DNA of 64,000 nt from Asterias rubens (Eukaryota). The stretch covers positions 930,001 through 994,000 of the forward strand of contig NC_047063.1 of NCBI RefSeq assembly GCF_902459465.1, in the 5' to 3' direction. The notes under the pieces are model-generated. The model was given only the letters and a program-made list of their open reading frames with translations, did no database searches and was not told where the DNA came from. Positions 25,931 to 39,595 of the stretch are shown here, in pieces (position 1 is the first letter of the stretch; every line of letters starts with the position of its first letter). Both the position numbers and the translations under genes were made by a program.

Positions 25931-28900
25931 ATGGTTTCAACCATGGCGGAAAATGACAGCAAAAAGTGTGGCCTGAACTGGGTTGATGCTGTGGATAGTT
26001 TTGTCCTTAGTTTATCTGTCTTGTTGGTTGGCGTGAGTGGCCTGTTGATTTCTTACAGCATTGATCAATTAGTCATTGGTATTGTTGTTTGCATTGGATT
26101 GCTGATACTGATTGGTCTCCTTCGGTTAATTTACTTTTGTAAATCAAACAGCAACAGCAGTACCGGTAAACATCTCTTCAATGTCATCATTATCTGCATC
26201 CGTTTATGGTGTAGCGGTGTTCTTGGTCTGATGTCTTTTGTAGATATCAGTGACATCCAAAATGATTGGAAAACTGCAATAACATGGATGCTGGTTGCAA
26301 GCATTATCATCAAAGCTGTCTCTTCATTTATCCAGCGACGTCTTGGATTGATTAAATACTCCCCAAGTCCAGTGACTTGGGCTGAGGTGTTAGAGCTTGT
26401 TGGTTTCTCGGTGACTGGATTATTAGTTATTTTGCCAGAGGACAAGACACTTTTTTCCATATATGCTGTCTGCTTGATTTTGGTTTCCTTTGCTGTCATT
26501 ATTGTAGCAGTAAGACTTGTACCTTGCAACCCCTCCGTCATTTTCATTTTGTTTGCAGTTCTTTTTTGTCAAGGTGTTTTTTTCATTACTGTTGATGTAC
26601 CTTTCTTCGATGCTGCATTGGTTTGCTTCGCTGGCCGCCTGTTTATGGACCCTCTCTCTGATTTGTTTTCTAGAAACATATCCATCAATGAGAGACTGAA
26701 TTGTGTATTCCTGAGTATACCTGGATGTTTGCAAAAGGTGTTCATAATAATAGTCATTGTGTTTGAGAGTGTCTTTCTTTTTCATGCTGGAGTTTTTGAT
26801 ATCTACCATCAAGAATGGTACTGGATAATGATCTTTGTTTTCCTACTTTTGCTTTGGATTTGCTACCATTCATATTCCATTCATTTGTACTGGAAACTCT
26901 CCAACAAAATCTCAGAGTGCACTAAGGCCCATAAAACCTTGCAGGGAAAAGCTAGCATGGAGAAAATGATGGCAGCAAAGGGGATGCGTTTACAAGCTCA
27001 GTTTGCGCACTGTCTCGCCTTCTATACATTTGGCTCCACTGTCCTACTTGGTGTAGTTACACTGTTGATTCCAGATGGAGATCAACCATGGCATAAAGAC
27101 GAAAAAGCAGCAGTTGCAGCAAGCTTTTTGACAGTGGTTCTTGTAGAGGGAATGTTCTATGCAGCCACAGATACACTCCGGAAGTCCCTACCAGGGACTT
27201 GTACAGCTTGTGTCATCATGCCTCCTTCAACGTCCCATAGGTAAGAATTACAAAAACTAAACAACTATTCTAAAGTCATCATCTCATACCAAGTATTGAG
27301 TGCAATGAAGAAGAGTAACCTCACTTGTGAGGAGTTATTGCATCTTTGGTGGAATTGTGTTGATGAATTTGGGGTAAAATAAAAATAACCAAAATATTTT
27401 GACCTGTGACCAATTCGCCCAATTTCGCCCAATATCGTCCCAATAATCTTTGTTGTGGCATTTGGGAGTCAATGTTCCTGTGTGTTACAGTGTAGCACAT
27501 TATTTAGGCACCACAACATTGCAAAGTGTCAGACATTAGTTGTGTGTGACATTTTGTGCAAGGAACCAATACTCAGAGAGTACATCAGAATAAATTTATA
27601 GGTTATGGATTCACAACTATTGACAATCGCTAATAACTAAAACACAGACAGTACTACTAATAAATATCTGACTGAGAAAGAATTTGTTGCTGAGGTCACA
27701 AAGGAATAAAATGAAAGGCCTCAGAGCTCAGCAGTACACTGCTGGCATTTTATTGCAGGCTGCTCTTCCATGACAACAAAAATAATAATAGCCAAATCAA
27801 AGCACTGGTTCTCCACAGCCTTTTGGTTGAATATTTTGTGTCACTGGCTGTCACTTCATATGTAAGCTTTTAATGTTTTCTTTCTATATGTAAATATAGA
27901 CAGTTGAACGAGTTGCGGAGATCAATTATGGATTTCTGTGATCGTAATGCTATACCTTGTAGCATTGAATCCTTCGTGGATGGGCTTTCAATCCAAACCC
28001 TAGAGGGCAAGCTTAATGGCTTCTTTGCTCAGACAAATCCTGCTACTAGTCAGCGGAGGTATGACAGCTACTTGGTTTTCTACTGTGGTGATGTAGATAG
28101 AGATGGCAAGTGGGAGTTGACAGGAGGTTAGTTTGATTTTATTTCATTAGGTTTTATGATTTTTCTTACATTAATGTTATTGTTTTATGTAGTATTGTGG
28201 TATAACTTGTGCAATTTTACATTTTAATATTTTACATGTTGCTGTACAATAGGATTGTAAATTTCATGTATTTTTGTATACCTGATGAATAAACCGTTCA
28301 ATTCAATTCAATCCAATTCAATTCAATTCAATTCAATTCAATTCATTTCAATTCAATGAAAAAACTTTCTGGGTAAAAAAACGGTGTTTGTGGCAAGTAC
28401 TTTAAGCAACTACCAAGTCAGCCAAGTAAACAAAGGTGACAAAGTAGCCCTTGAGTATCTGAGAACTAAAAGAACTAAAAGTTGTGGCAGAGCGATTAAG
28501 AGCATGGAACTCAAGTTCTGGTGGTTAAGTCAAAGGAGTATGGGTTCGAATCCCGGTCGTGACACTTGTGTCCTTGAGCAAGATACTTTACTCTCTTCAC
28601 CCAGGGGTATAAATTGGTACCTGTGAGGGTAGAGGTTCATACTGTGTTCGAAATAGCCTTCTGAGCGCACGGCTGTATACTCCTCGGGAGCTGAGAAAGA
28701 TTAAAGAAATGTTATTGGCCTAATAATGACCAGGGTACTAATGTAAAACATATTGATACGGTTCTTGTAAAATGCGCTATAAGAACTAGTTGTTATTATT
28801 ATTATTATTAAAGGACACTAGTATCCAAGCACCAAGTCCATCATTGATACCTAAGGACTTTGATCTCCCGAGTGTGAGTACTGTATAAAACCATTACTGG

Positions 28901-29796
28901 TTACTTGCAGCCAACCAATCGGTTTGGCAGGCTGGACTCAAGCTGTTGTGTTTCTGACCAGGACACTATGAGTCCAGGTACAGATAGACATGTTCTTTAT
29001 TAGCAAGACACCTAACAATTACTGCTTGGATGGGATCTAAGCCGTAGGTCCCTTTTGTGTTTTGTTCCACATGTTTAAGAACCCAATACACTTTATCTCT
29101 GACCACCATTAAGGGAAGTTTGTTAACCCATTGTACGGGTATACAGATACAGACGTTAGAGTATTGTCAGTCAATGGCAAAAAACCTTTGAATTGAATAG
29201 TGCACTTGGTTTTTACAGTCACGCTAAAAAATGCTTCCATTATTTTTGTCGTCTCTTCAACAGGAAAGTTCAAGTTTGAAAACATGCAACGGCTATGGAA
29301 TAACTGCAATACTGAGGGATTCCAATCTAGGCTTATCTTGATCCAAGATGCAAAACACTCCAAAGACTGGCTGGAGAAGATCGCCAATGATGAAAACAAC
29401 GTAGTTGCAATACAAACTTGCAAACTGAGTCCATCAGTAGACCCTGAAACTGGGGTTGTGCCAAGGGTTGGGGATTTTACCCGTGATTGGGTAGAGTTTA
29501 ATAGCTCAACTGAAAACAGTATCAATTGGAAGGAGACGGGGAGAAAAATCAAAGCAGTTTATAAAGTTTCTCCTCCATGGAGTGACAATGAATTCCGAGT
29601 GCCTAGTGAAGAAGATATGACAGAGTTCACCTCAAAGTTCCCCGTTAAATTGCAATGTTTGATAACAATTGCTTTGGAGATAGCTGAATTTAAAGAAAAA
29701 ACCATTTGCCCTACCTGTTGGAAACGTTTTATGATGAGTTGGTTTCCCCCACCTTTTATTGATACTAGACATGGCTTTAAGCTAGTTAAATCTTGA
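25931..29796 (+). CDS. Diverged TMEM168-like paralogue A, 689 aa (685 aa from Kozak ATG at 25943)
   Basis: Exons 25931-27240, 27900-28126, 29264-29796 (2070 nt), same intron phases as the parent. Retains MAAKGMR, RRYDSYLVFYCGD, GDFTRDWVEFN and RHGFKLVKS*. Non-coding first exon ends at donor 23973. Confidence 0.88.
28486..28770 (+). mobile_element. tRNA-derived SINE
   Basis: TGGCAGAGCGATTAAGAGC...GGGTTCGAATCCCGGTCGTGACACTTGTGTCCTTGAGCAAG; ends in a (TTA)n tail near 28795. Confidence 0.7.
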
Positions 29797-30115
29797 TTGG
29801 ACATGGCTTTAACTAGTTTAAAAGTCTTAATCGGGCATTGGCTTTATAAAGCTAGATAAATCATGATTGGACATGACTTTAACTAGTTAATCAGCTAATT
29901 AAACCTAGATTGGAAATGGCTTTAACTAGTTCAGAAGTCTTAATTAGCAATGGTTTTAAGCCAGTTAAGTCTTGATTGGACACCACATGGCTTTAAGTAT
30001 AGTTCAAAAAACTTGTATAGCAATGGTTTTAAGCTAGTTAAATCTAGATTGGACATGGCTTTAACTAGTTCAAAAGTTTTCAATCTAGTAAAGTCGTGAT
30101 TGGAGAAATATTACA
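29765..30115 (+). repeat. Degenerate ~32-bp tandem repeat derived from the TMEM168-like C-terminal codons
   Basis: About ten variants of GGACATGGCTTTAAGCTAGTTAAATCTTGATT; the first is the real GHGFKLVKS* coding end. Confidence 0.8.
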
Positions 30116-30244
30116 TTATGTCATGAGAAAGATAACATTTGGTTAATAAAGGGCTATCGTAGATTTGAATAAAAAACAAAGCATGAGTACAATAATCAGA
30201 AGTTTTCAGAATGGTCAAATTGGCTTGCATTGCTTGTTACACAA

Positions 30245-31762
30245 CCTACATTTTTCTAACTAATCTGTAATGACCCAATAGCTTAATTTGGCCTGTTGCT
30301 TTAGACTCAAATTCTGGATTATGTGCCAAACTCTTGGCTTGTATCATCAAAGGCACACATCTACTTGCCCTACTTTTGTAATTAGACATTTGTTGTTATA
30401 TTTTGAGTAACTATTATGTAACATGTAGTTTCTATTTAAAATGATTGATTGGGGGAAACAAATTAAGAAGACAATTTTAGAGTAACAGGAGATGTTTTAG
30501 AGATGTACACGATAAACCTCCACCCCCTGCTATATCACTTGCCACTTAAGTCTCTGTGTTATGTTATGTGAATTACTTAATGACCATACTAAATCAGCAC
30601 ATCAAAATAAGCACCAAACAAAATGCCTGACAAAAACATGAAACTGTTTTCATTAATAAAAAATAAAAAAAGTAACTTCTACAATTTAATGACGTAATTA
30701 GACCTAAAGGTTGATTGTATGACGTGTGTCTTGACCAAGAGGGTTAGTGGATTTACGCATCCCAAAACCAAAGAAACATTTTAGATTTATAGTAACAATG
30801 CAGTAAGTAATTTGTAATTATTGATGCTTTTTGATTTTTCATTTAAAGCTTCCTGAGAGTATTTTTGTAAATGATTCAATGCTGTATAAATGCACCTTGG
30901 GTTTTTATTTTTGTACAAAATAATATCCGAACAGTTTTCATTAATAAGGCCTATGGCTGTGGGCTGCAGCTACAGTGTGTTCAAGAATCCCTGTGAGTTT
31001 AGTGATACCAAATACACTACGCATGCCAAGGGCCTCTGAACAAGGGCCTCTCCAATCAAAACAATGAGCCAACAGTCATAACAAAATTGAACTATCTGCA
31101 CCAATCAGAAACAATTAACTGTCAAAAGGAAAGCACTGTTTGCAAAGTATTAAAAAAAATTGTTTACATCGAAGACAATATTTCAGAGTGTCTGTATAGA
31201 TTTCAATAATAAATAAAGAAAATAGAGGTTAAAAAAATGGACTAAAAAAACAATCTCTTCATCTCAGGAGCCTGTTTTTTCCCCTTCTGAATGCAAGAAT
31301 TGGAAAACAAATGCATTTGAACATGAATCAAAATGAATGCAGTCTTCAAAACTTTGCTATAGTATAGTATCTAAATTATAAACCCTGCTTTTCAAGAATA
31401 CAATTTATGCTGATTGTGTCAATACCATGTTGGTTCCCTCTTGCAAAAATAAATAAAAACATTATTTTGTATTTCATTATCTATAAAATAGCTATCAGAT
31501 AGTAAGTTTGACATTGATGTAACTAAAAATGCATATTGCGGGATGAAGTATTTAAAATGCAGACTGTTGTACTTGGTACATGTAGGAATGAGAAGCAATT
31601 GTTCAAAGGTATAAGGAATTCCCCTATGTTTAATAAAATAATTTTGCTTGTGAACAGCTGATGTTTTAAAAGTGAAAAGTCCTTGTAGTATTGTATTTCT
31701 CAGAGGTAAAACGGAGACAAAGTCCACTGGCCAAAGTTGATTAAAGACACTGGACACTATTG
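30245..31762 (+). repeat. 1.5-kb near-identical segmental duplication, copy 1
   Basis: Matches 40426-41942 with only scattered substitutions and small indels. Confidence 0.92.
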
Positions 31763-32071
31763 GTAATTGTCAAAGACCAGTCTTCTCACTTGGTCGTCGA
31801 AGTTGCGAGATATGAATGAAATAAAAAACACCCTTGTCACACGAAGTTGTGTGCTTTCAGATGCTTGATTTCGAGACCTCAAATTCTAAACTTGAGGTCT
31901 CGAAATCAAATTCGTGGAAAATTACTTCTGTCTCGAAAACTACGTCACTTCAGAGGGAGCCCTTTCTCACAATGATTTATACTACCAACCTCTCCCCATT
32001 ACTCGTCACCAAGTAAGGTTTTATGCTGATAATTATTTTGAGTAATTACCAATAGTGTCCACTGCCTTTAA
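31741..32071 (+). mobile_element. TTAA-flanked MITE, family copy 1
   Basis: TTAAAGACACTGGACACTATTGGTAATT ... AATTACCAATAGTGTCCACTGCCTTTAA. Confidence 0.8.
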
Positions 32072-32778
32072 GCAACAAAGTATCTATGTTTACCAATATA
32101 ATGTTACCTTGCCATGCCAGGAGCTTATTTTTGCTGGGAAGAAAGAAAAAAAACATTTAGTAAAACGTTTGGCTTGGGCAGCTTTATGACACCTAGTGGG
32201 CAGGGCTCAATACCATGGTGTTGCAAATACTAACACCTAATACTTAAATCTCACAGTGCTCTTAGACCCTGCTAGTTGTTTTGTTAGGAGAAACACAGCC
32301 AAACAAAACCAAACCCTTGTAATCAGAGGCTCAGGTAATAATGTATTGTTAATGTATTGTTAATGCAATGTATTGCGTATGAACTCAATCATGAGCTACA
32401 ATGACTGAATTGTATGCACGCAGTCTTGAAACCTATCAAATTTTAAAACAATTTTATTTATAACTGCTTTTCAACATTTAATTTTGCTACTTTTCATCTG
32501 TTTGTTGCCTGCGCTTAAAGCATCAATACCATTTATGTAGATACACACCTATGTTGTGACATTCCTTATGTGTTTTCCTTACCCTAACCAAACCTTATTG
32601 TGTAGGTCAGAGGGGCTATTAAAACATAGGGTCGTTGGAGCTTATAGGGGTCTGACTTTGGGGCGTAGTCACCAATAATGTGTGTGCTTGCGTGCTGACT
32701 ACACGTACAGCCAGTCAATGGATGAATAGTGTGATGCAGTGTAGCGCTGAAATGATAAAGGGACTCCTCCAGAGTATG

Positions 32779-33007
32779 ATTTCGCAACAAGGAGCTGTGT
32801 GGAGTGTGTAATGGGGAAATTCCCTGACACGTAGCCAGATATGAGAAATTTGCCAGCCCCTAGATCGCTATACAAACAAAGCACAAACTTGACCTAGAGC
32901 CAGTGTGGTATTTCTGTCATACAGAGAGGACCGCTGCTAATGAAAGGGTGAAATAAACCTTCTGCAACTGAGCTTCGCAAACCGTTGTTGTTGATTACAT
33001 TGTGGAG
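32779..33007 (+). promoter_or_regulatory. Paralogue B promoter and non-coding exon 1 (C/EBP + kB + TATA-like)
   Basis: ATTTCGCAAC 32779-32788, GGGGAAATTCCC 32813-32824, TGAGAAAT 32842-32849, TATACAAA 32869-32876, donor GAG|GTATGT at 33007. Same motif order as paralogue A. Confidence 0.7.
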
Positions 33008-33047
33008 GTATGTATTTTGTGTTTGAATATATAAAAATGTTGTTTGT

Positions 33048-33425
33048 TTAACAGTAATATTGGTAATTACTCAAAATAACTATTAGCATAAAACCTTGCT
33101 TGGTAACGAGTAATGGGGAGAGGTTGATAGTTTAAAACATTGTGAGTAACGGCTCCCTCTGAAGTGACATAGTTTTTGAGAAACAAGTAATTTTCTGAGA
33201 ATTTGATTTCGAGACCTCAGACTTAGAATTTGAGGTCTCGAAATCAAGCATCTGAAAGCACACAACTTCGTGTGACAAGGGTGTTTTTTCTATCATTGTT
33301 ATCTCGCAACTTTGACGACCAATGAGCTCAAATTTTCACAGGTTTCTTATTTTATGCATATGTTGAGATACACCAAGTGAGAATACTGGTCTTCGACAAT
33401 TGCCAATAGTGTACACTGCCTTTAA
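33048..33425 (-). mobile_element. TTAA-flanked MITE, same family, inverted
   Basis: Reverse complement of the 31741 element body; ends CAATAGTGTACACTGCCTTTAA. Confidence 0.75.
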
Positions 33426-34518
33426 CATTTACAAGGCCTGCAACACTGCATCCGTGCCCGCTGGCTATAGACCTTTTGCATTTTAGATACATGCATGAAT
33501 TCATTTGAGATAAGGCCCCCTTGCAAAATACATATTGCTGAACATGGAACGCTGCCATGGGAACAGAAACAGAAAATGTGTACAATACGTTTAATGAACT
33601 GTGACAGTGATTTATTGGAAATCAACTGTATTTCATTTTACTTGTGAACTGCATTATGCATGACTTTATTATCTGGCTGTATCTTTTGTAGCTTTCAATA
33701 ATGTAATTCGGTACCCTTGGAATTTTGTGTCAAACGAAACTAGGCATAGTGTCTGAAGTTGGCGGGGTTATACCTGATGGTCAGCAAAATGTTGTGTTCG
33801 GGTAATGGACCAATGACAAAAATGTTGGCCCCTTAAGGGGCCAATATTTTTTTTATGTTTAACTTTTGCTAGGTTAGAATTAGCATTATCTGTTGCCCGG
33901 GTGCCTTGTTTTATTTTTGTGTATAAATGGGACAGCGAACAAAGGGCCAGTTCTTGAGGCTAAGGCAAAAATCAACTCAATACTGTTCAGCTGTGCGAGG
34001 TTAGTGCACAATTATATTTTTCACGTTGAACAGTTTTCTGGTTTTAAATGAGTTTGAAAGGAAAGAGTTTAGTTGCGTAAAAAAAACATCAAATTTGCCT
34101 AACTGATGTGATCATTTATTTATCGTGTGAGTGTAATGCACACGCCATTGTAGTGTGTGGCAATGAAAGGCACAACCATCATTACAATGAAACAATGTTT
34201 GACTTTTAGGCACAATTGTTTAGTACTGCCTGTCTCTGTTTTGCAAACAGGAGAGGGCGCTATAAGTAGTTTATCACAACCTGTTTCTGCTAAGCAGCAC
34301 ATTCTGTGCTAAGCAAATTTTCACATAACACCTTTACAAAATGGAAGTCGGAGCTATCTCACTGGGTTTCATTTGTTGTCCTAAAAACTGAGTCTCTTTC
34401 TAAACCTTTGTTTTTCTTTTTTCATTTATAGGTTAAAGATTAACGGCTCGTCAATTCTAAAAAGTGATCAAATCTTCCATCTTTTAGTCTGAGCAACTGT
34501 TATTAGCTGGTTTCAACC

Positions 34519-35822
34519 ATGGAGGAAAATGACAGCAAAGTGAAATGTGGCCTGTGCTTCGTTGTTTTGGACTTAATTGTCCTTATATTTGCATTGGAGG
34601 TCGGCTTGTGTGCCCTGTTGATTTCTACCAGAATTGGTCCAATATTCATTGTTATTGTTGCTTTGATTGTGATTGGACTAGCAATAGTGATTGGAGTCTG
34701 CCTATACTGTTGTAAACCAAACTACAAAGGCAACGACAGTCTCTCAAAGGAGGTCAATATGTGCAACCGTTTATGGTGTAGCTTTGTTCTTGGTCTGATG
34801 TCTTTTGTAGATATCAGTGGCATCCACAACTATGTTATTACTGTAACAACATGGATGCTGGTTGCAAGCATTATCATCAAAGCTGTCTCTTCATTTATCC
34901 AGCGATGTCATGGATTGATCAAATACTCCTCCAGTCCAGTGAGTGAGGTTGAGATGTTTGAGCTCTTTGTGTTCTCAATGACTGGATTGATTGCTTTGCC
35001 AGAGGACCAGGCATTTCTTTCTAAATATGCTTTATGCTTGATTTTTGTTTCCTTTGCTGTCATTATAGTGGCAGTCAGACTTGCAGGTTGCATTTACAAC
35101 CCCTTCAAAATACTCATTTTGATTGCAGTCCTTGTTTGTCAAATAGTATTTTTCAATACTATTGATGTGCCTTTCTACAATGCTGCATTGGGTTGCTTTG
35201 TAGGCCGCCTGTTTATGGACCCACTTTTTGATTTGTTTTCTAGCAACATAACTGCAATTGAAAGATTGAATTGTGTATTCAGTGTCCGTGAATGTTTACA
35301 ACAGATGTTTGTGATAATAGTCATTGTGTTTGAGGGTGTCTTCCTTTTTCATGCTGTAGTTTCTGACATCTACCACAAAGAATGGTACTGGATAATTCTC
35401 TTTGTTGTCCTACTTATATTTTGGATTTGCAACCATTCATATTCCATTCATTTGTTCTGGCAATTTTCCAACAATATCTCAGAGTGCACTAAGGCCCATC
35501 AAGCCTTGCAGAACAATACTAGTATGGAGATGATAATGGCAACGAAAGGGATGCGCTCACAAACTCAGTTTATACACCATCTCGCCCTCTATACATTTGT
35601 TTCCACTTTATTTCTTGGTGCAGCCACACTGTTGATTCCATGTGTGGTGCACCAATGGCATAAAGAGGACAAGGCGGCACTTGCAGCAAGCTTTTTGATA
35701 GTGGTTCTTGTAGAGGAAATGTTCTATGCAGCCACAGATTTACTCCAGCAGTCCCTACCAGGGGCTTGTACAGCTTGTGTCATCATGCCTCCTTCAAAGT
35801 CACAAAGGTAAGAATTGAGACC

Positions 35823-35853
<31 letters not shown>

Positions 35854-38800
35854 GTGGTGATTTGAAATCTGTACATGTTTAGAAATTGTGAAGTTATCCT
35901 CTCAGACCAACAGTCATTTCATGTGTTTATGAATTATGGGTAAAATATAAATGTTGACCTGCATTTACAAACAACAAAATTGACCGAATTCACTGATGTC
36001 ATCATCCAAATAATCTTGGTTTCATCTTCTTTGGATTCAATGTCCATGTGTGTTATTAAGTGTAGTGCTTTAAGCATTATGGTTACACGCAATTATTCCA
36101 AATGCCGAGCGTACCAGACACCAGCCCTGTATGGCATTGGTGCAAGAAGCCAATTTACTCAAAAAGTACATTTAAAGCACATAAATAAAATATTTAGTTT
36201 ACCCTTATGTTACCCTTATGTAGCCTTGCTAAAGGCACATGCATTATTCATTCCGAAAAAGGCGCCATTGTAAACCCACCTGTATGCACTGTGCGTAGTG
36301 TGTGTAATCACACCACACGAAATCACACCGCACGACCCACCCGTATACACTGTCACATGACTCAACGCCCGCCCCGTAAGACTACTGTACTTAAGTCATC
36401 AGCACTTGACCTTTATTTTGAGGCCGTCAGATGGACAGCCTTGTCGGGTCTGTAACTTCCAGGTTTAATGTGTTTCATGAAAAAAATTCAAATATTTGAA
36501 AAAAAGGGGGGGGGGCCTCTGGGATATGCTAGTAAGCAGCTCATGAATATTTATATCTTTCGTCAGACCTATCAAACAACACAGGATGTGAAGCAAATGA
36601 ACTATTCATTTTGATGCCCAATCAAGCACTTGCCTTATCACGACCTTTGGACCCTATCATGCTCGCTGAGCGTCCGTGGTGATGCGATGTAAACAAGACA
36701 TCCGCAACTGACCAATGGGGTCTCGTCTTTTGCAGGCATTATGGTAATGAGTTGACCGTAGGAACTCTTCTTTTGCGCTTATTATAGTATTGAGTCATTA
36801 GCTTCAACACAGACCCTACAAGGCTGTTGGCCTGACTGCCTCCGTATGGGGATAGTGTATGGGGGGCTTCGTGTCGTGCGATGTGATTACACACATTACG
36901 CACAGGTAAACGGGTGGATTTTTACAGCAGTGGTCTTTTTCTGAGTAAATAATTTGACTGCCTTGAGCAAGAATAACCCTTATGCCAAGTGTAGGTGTAT
37001 AGTCAGTACTTTCCTGTATTGTGTGAAGAAAATCGCAGACATTAATTACTCGAGTGGGATTCAAACCCCACAACCTTTGCCAATCTAGAGCAGATGTCAT
37101 ACCATGCTAGAGCACCAAAATTGCCCAGTAGCTAAAGGCAGTTTGAATCTTATACTTGAGCAGTGGGTACCACAACAAATTTAAAAGATGTTAAATCTGC
37201 ATCAGGGATACAGTATATCATTTGGTTTTACCCTTACACCAATGGTTTGCACAGAACTCTGGAAAGTACCGAGTATACAGTGCTGACACACATCAGTGAA
37301 AGGATAAAACCAATATTATTTCTTATCCCTAAAGCAAATTTATCACATAAATTTTTAAGTGATGGTATAAATGCAGCTGTTCACAACTGTTGATAGAAAG
37401 TGATAATTAAATACAGACAGTTAACACTTGCCTAAGAAAGTATAACCATTTGTAGAAGTGGGGGTCATGGAGCAAGTAAATGAAAGGCCTCAGAGCTCAG
37501 CGGTACACTGCTGGCATTTTATTGCAGGCTGCTCTTCCATGACAAGACAAATAATAATAGCTAAACCAAAGCACTGGTTCTCCACAGCCATTGGTTGAAT
37601 ATTTTGTGTCACTGGCTGTCACTTCATATATATGTGTAAGTTTTTAATGTGTTCTTTCTTTGTGCAAATACAGACAGTCAGAGTTAAAAGATTTGCAGAG
37701 ATTCATCATGGAGTTCTTTGGTAAAAATAATATACCTTGTAGCATTGAATCCTTCGTGGATGGGCTTTCAATCCAAACCCTGGAATGCAAGATTCAGTAC
37801 TTCTTTGCTCAGACAACTGATACCAGTCATCGGAGGTATGACAGCTACGTGGTTTTCTACTGTGGTGATGTAGATAGTGATGGCAACTGGGAATTAACAG
37901 GAGGTTAGTTTGATTTCATTCTGCCAGCTTTCATTAAAAAAACCATTTCTGCGTAAAAAACATTGTTTGTGGTCAATTTTCTTCAAAATCAACTACAAAG
38001 TACTCAAGGTGACAAAGTAGTATTCGAGCTGTAGTTCTCTTCCATGTTTTTAAAACTTGCTGAAAACTCCACATACACTTATCTTGTAACATTTCTTAGA
38101 TTATTCATTGTATTAATGTCTTTGTATTCCATATTTCTCATTTGTTGTTTAAATAGTTTTTTTTTTTTTTTTTCTGCCCTCTCGGAATAGGGTCTTGTAC
38201 ACTAGATAGATAGCACATTATATTATGCATTATTGTTATTATTATACAAGAATAAGGAAATCCAAGCACCAAGTCCAACAGCCATGTATCCATGTACCTT
38301 TGATCTCCAAGCACAAGTACAATTAAGTATGAGGACTGTATAAAGGGTGTACAGAAAACGTTTGTCAGTAAGTAACAATTAATGTATGTGCTTATAAATT
38401 TATTAAAATGATTACATCTTTGGTGTATCATGGCCTAGTGCTTTTGCACTGGACTTCAAGCTCTGGTGTTTCTGACCAGCACACTATTGAGTATAGGGCC
38501 AGACAGCTTTGTTCTTAAGCAAGACACATCTATACCACTATTGCTTCGTCCTTTGGATGGGTTGTTAGCCATTGGCTCCTTTGTGTTTTGTAATACATAT
38601 TAATACCCTTTTTTTTCAAAAAAAGATAAAGACAGAAGAGTATTGTCAGTACATTGTTAAAATCCTGAACTTTTATTGTCTCTTCAACAGGAAAGTTCAA
38701 GTTTGAAAACATGCAAAGACTATGGAATAACTGTGATACTGAGGGATTCCAATCTAGGCTTATCTTGATCCAAGATGCAAAACACTCAGAAGACTGGCTG

Positions 38801-39220
38801 GAAAAAATCGCACACAACAAAAACAACAGAATTGCAATGCAAACTTGCAAACTGAGTCCATCAGTAGACCCTGAAACTGGGGTTGTGGCAAGAGTTGGGG
38901 ATTTTACCCGTGATTGGGTAGAGTTTAACAGCTCAACTGAAAACAGTATCAATTGGAAGGAGAGTGGGAGGGAAATCAAAGCAGTTTATAAAGTTTCTCC
39001 TCCATGGAGTGACCATGATTTCCACGTGCCTAATGAAGAAGATATCAGAGAGTTCGCCACCAAGTTTCCAAAAATAATGACTTTTCTGATATCAAGTAAT
39101 TTGTATGCAACCCAATTTGAAAGAAAACATTGCTTTCCCTGTTGGGAACGTTTAATGATGAGTTGGTATCCCCCGCCTTCTGTTGATACTGGACATGGCT
39201 TTAAGCTAGTTAAGTCTTGA
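34519..39220 (+). CDS. Diverged TMEM168-like paralogue B, 682 aa
   Basis: Exons 34519-35807, 37674-37903, 38691-39220 (2049 nt), in phase and stop-free. Clearly closer to paralogue A than to the parent; ends DTGHGFKLVKS*. Non-coding first exon ends at donor 33007; acceptor at 34432. Confidence 0.88.
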
Positions 39221-39595
39221 TTTGACAAGGCAAGGATAAAAAGGATTTTTATACGTTTGGTAATCACTCCAAAAATTAATGGCAACAATATGGTAAAATA
39301 TCATAAAAATTTGAATCTGACAGATGTTTGTGTCAGATACAATTTTCAGAATATGTATTTCAAATGCGCATTATTCTTCCTGCATGATTTAACTGTGTAG
39401 AATTTAAATAATTAAATGGTTCCAAAAACCAAAGGTCTCGATTGAACATGGCTTTAGCTTTAGTTAAGTGTTGATTAAAAAGACTTTGAGCTAGTACACA
39501 TGCCCAAAGCTTGAGAGCTTGATTGAACATGGCTTTAAACTAGTTAAGTCTTGATTGAAATGATTTCAAGCTAGCTAAGTTTTTTAAAGGATTAT

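Noticed and set aside
26131-26812. Minus-strand ORFs of 129-138 aa (also 29109-29552, 38530-38979, 45981-46346)
   Set aside because: Antisense shadows of TMEM168-like exons.
27759-27861. Possible extra exon in the block conserved between A and B
   Set aside because: The B copy has an in-frame stop, and the following intron would be only ~38 nt.
31419-31757. ORF repeated at 41599-42069
   Set aside because: Identical only because it lies in the recent 1.5-kb duplication; no protein-like features.
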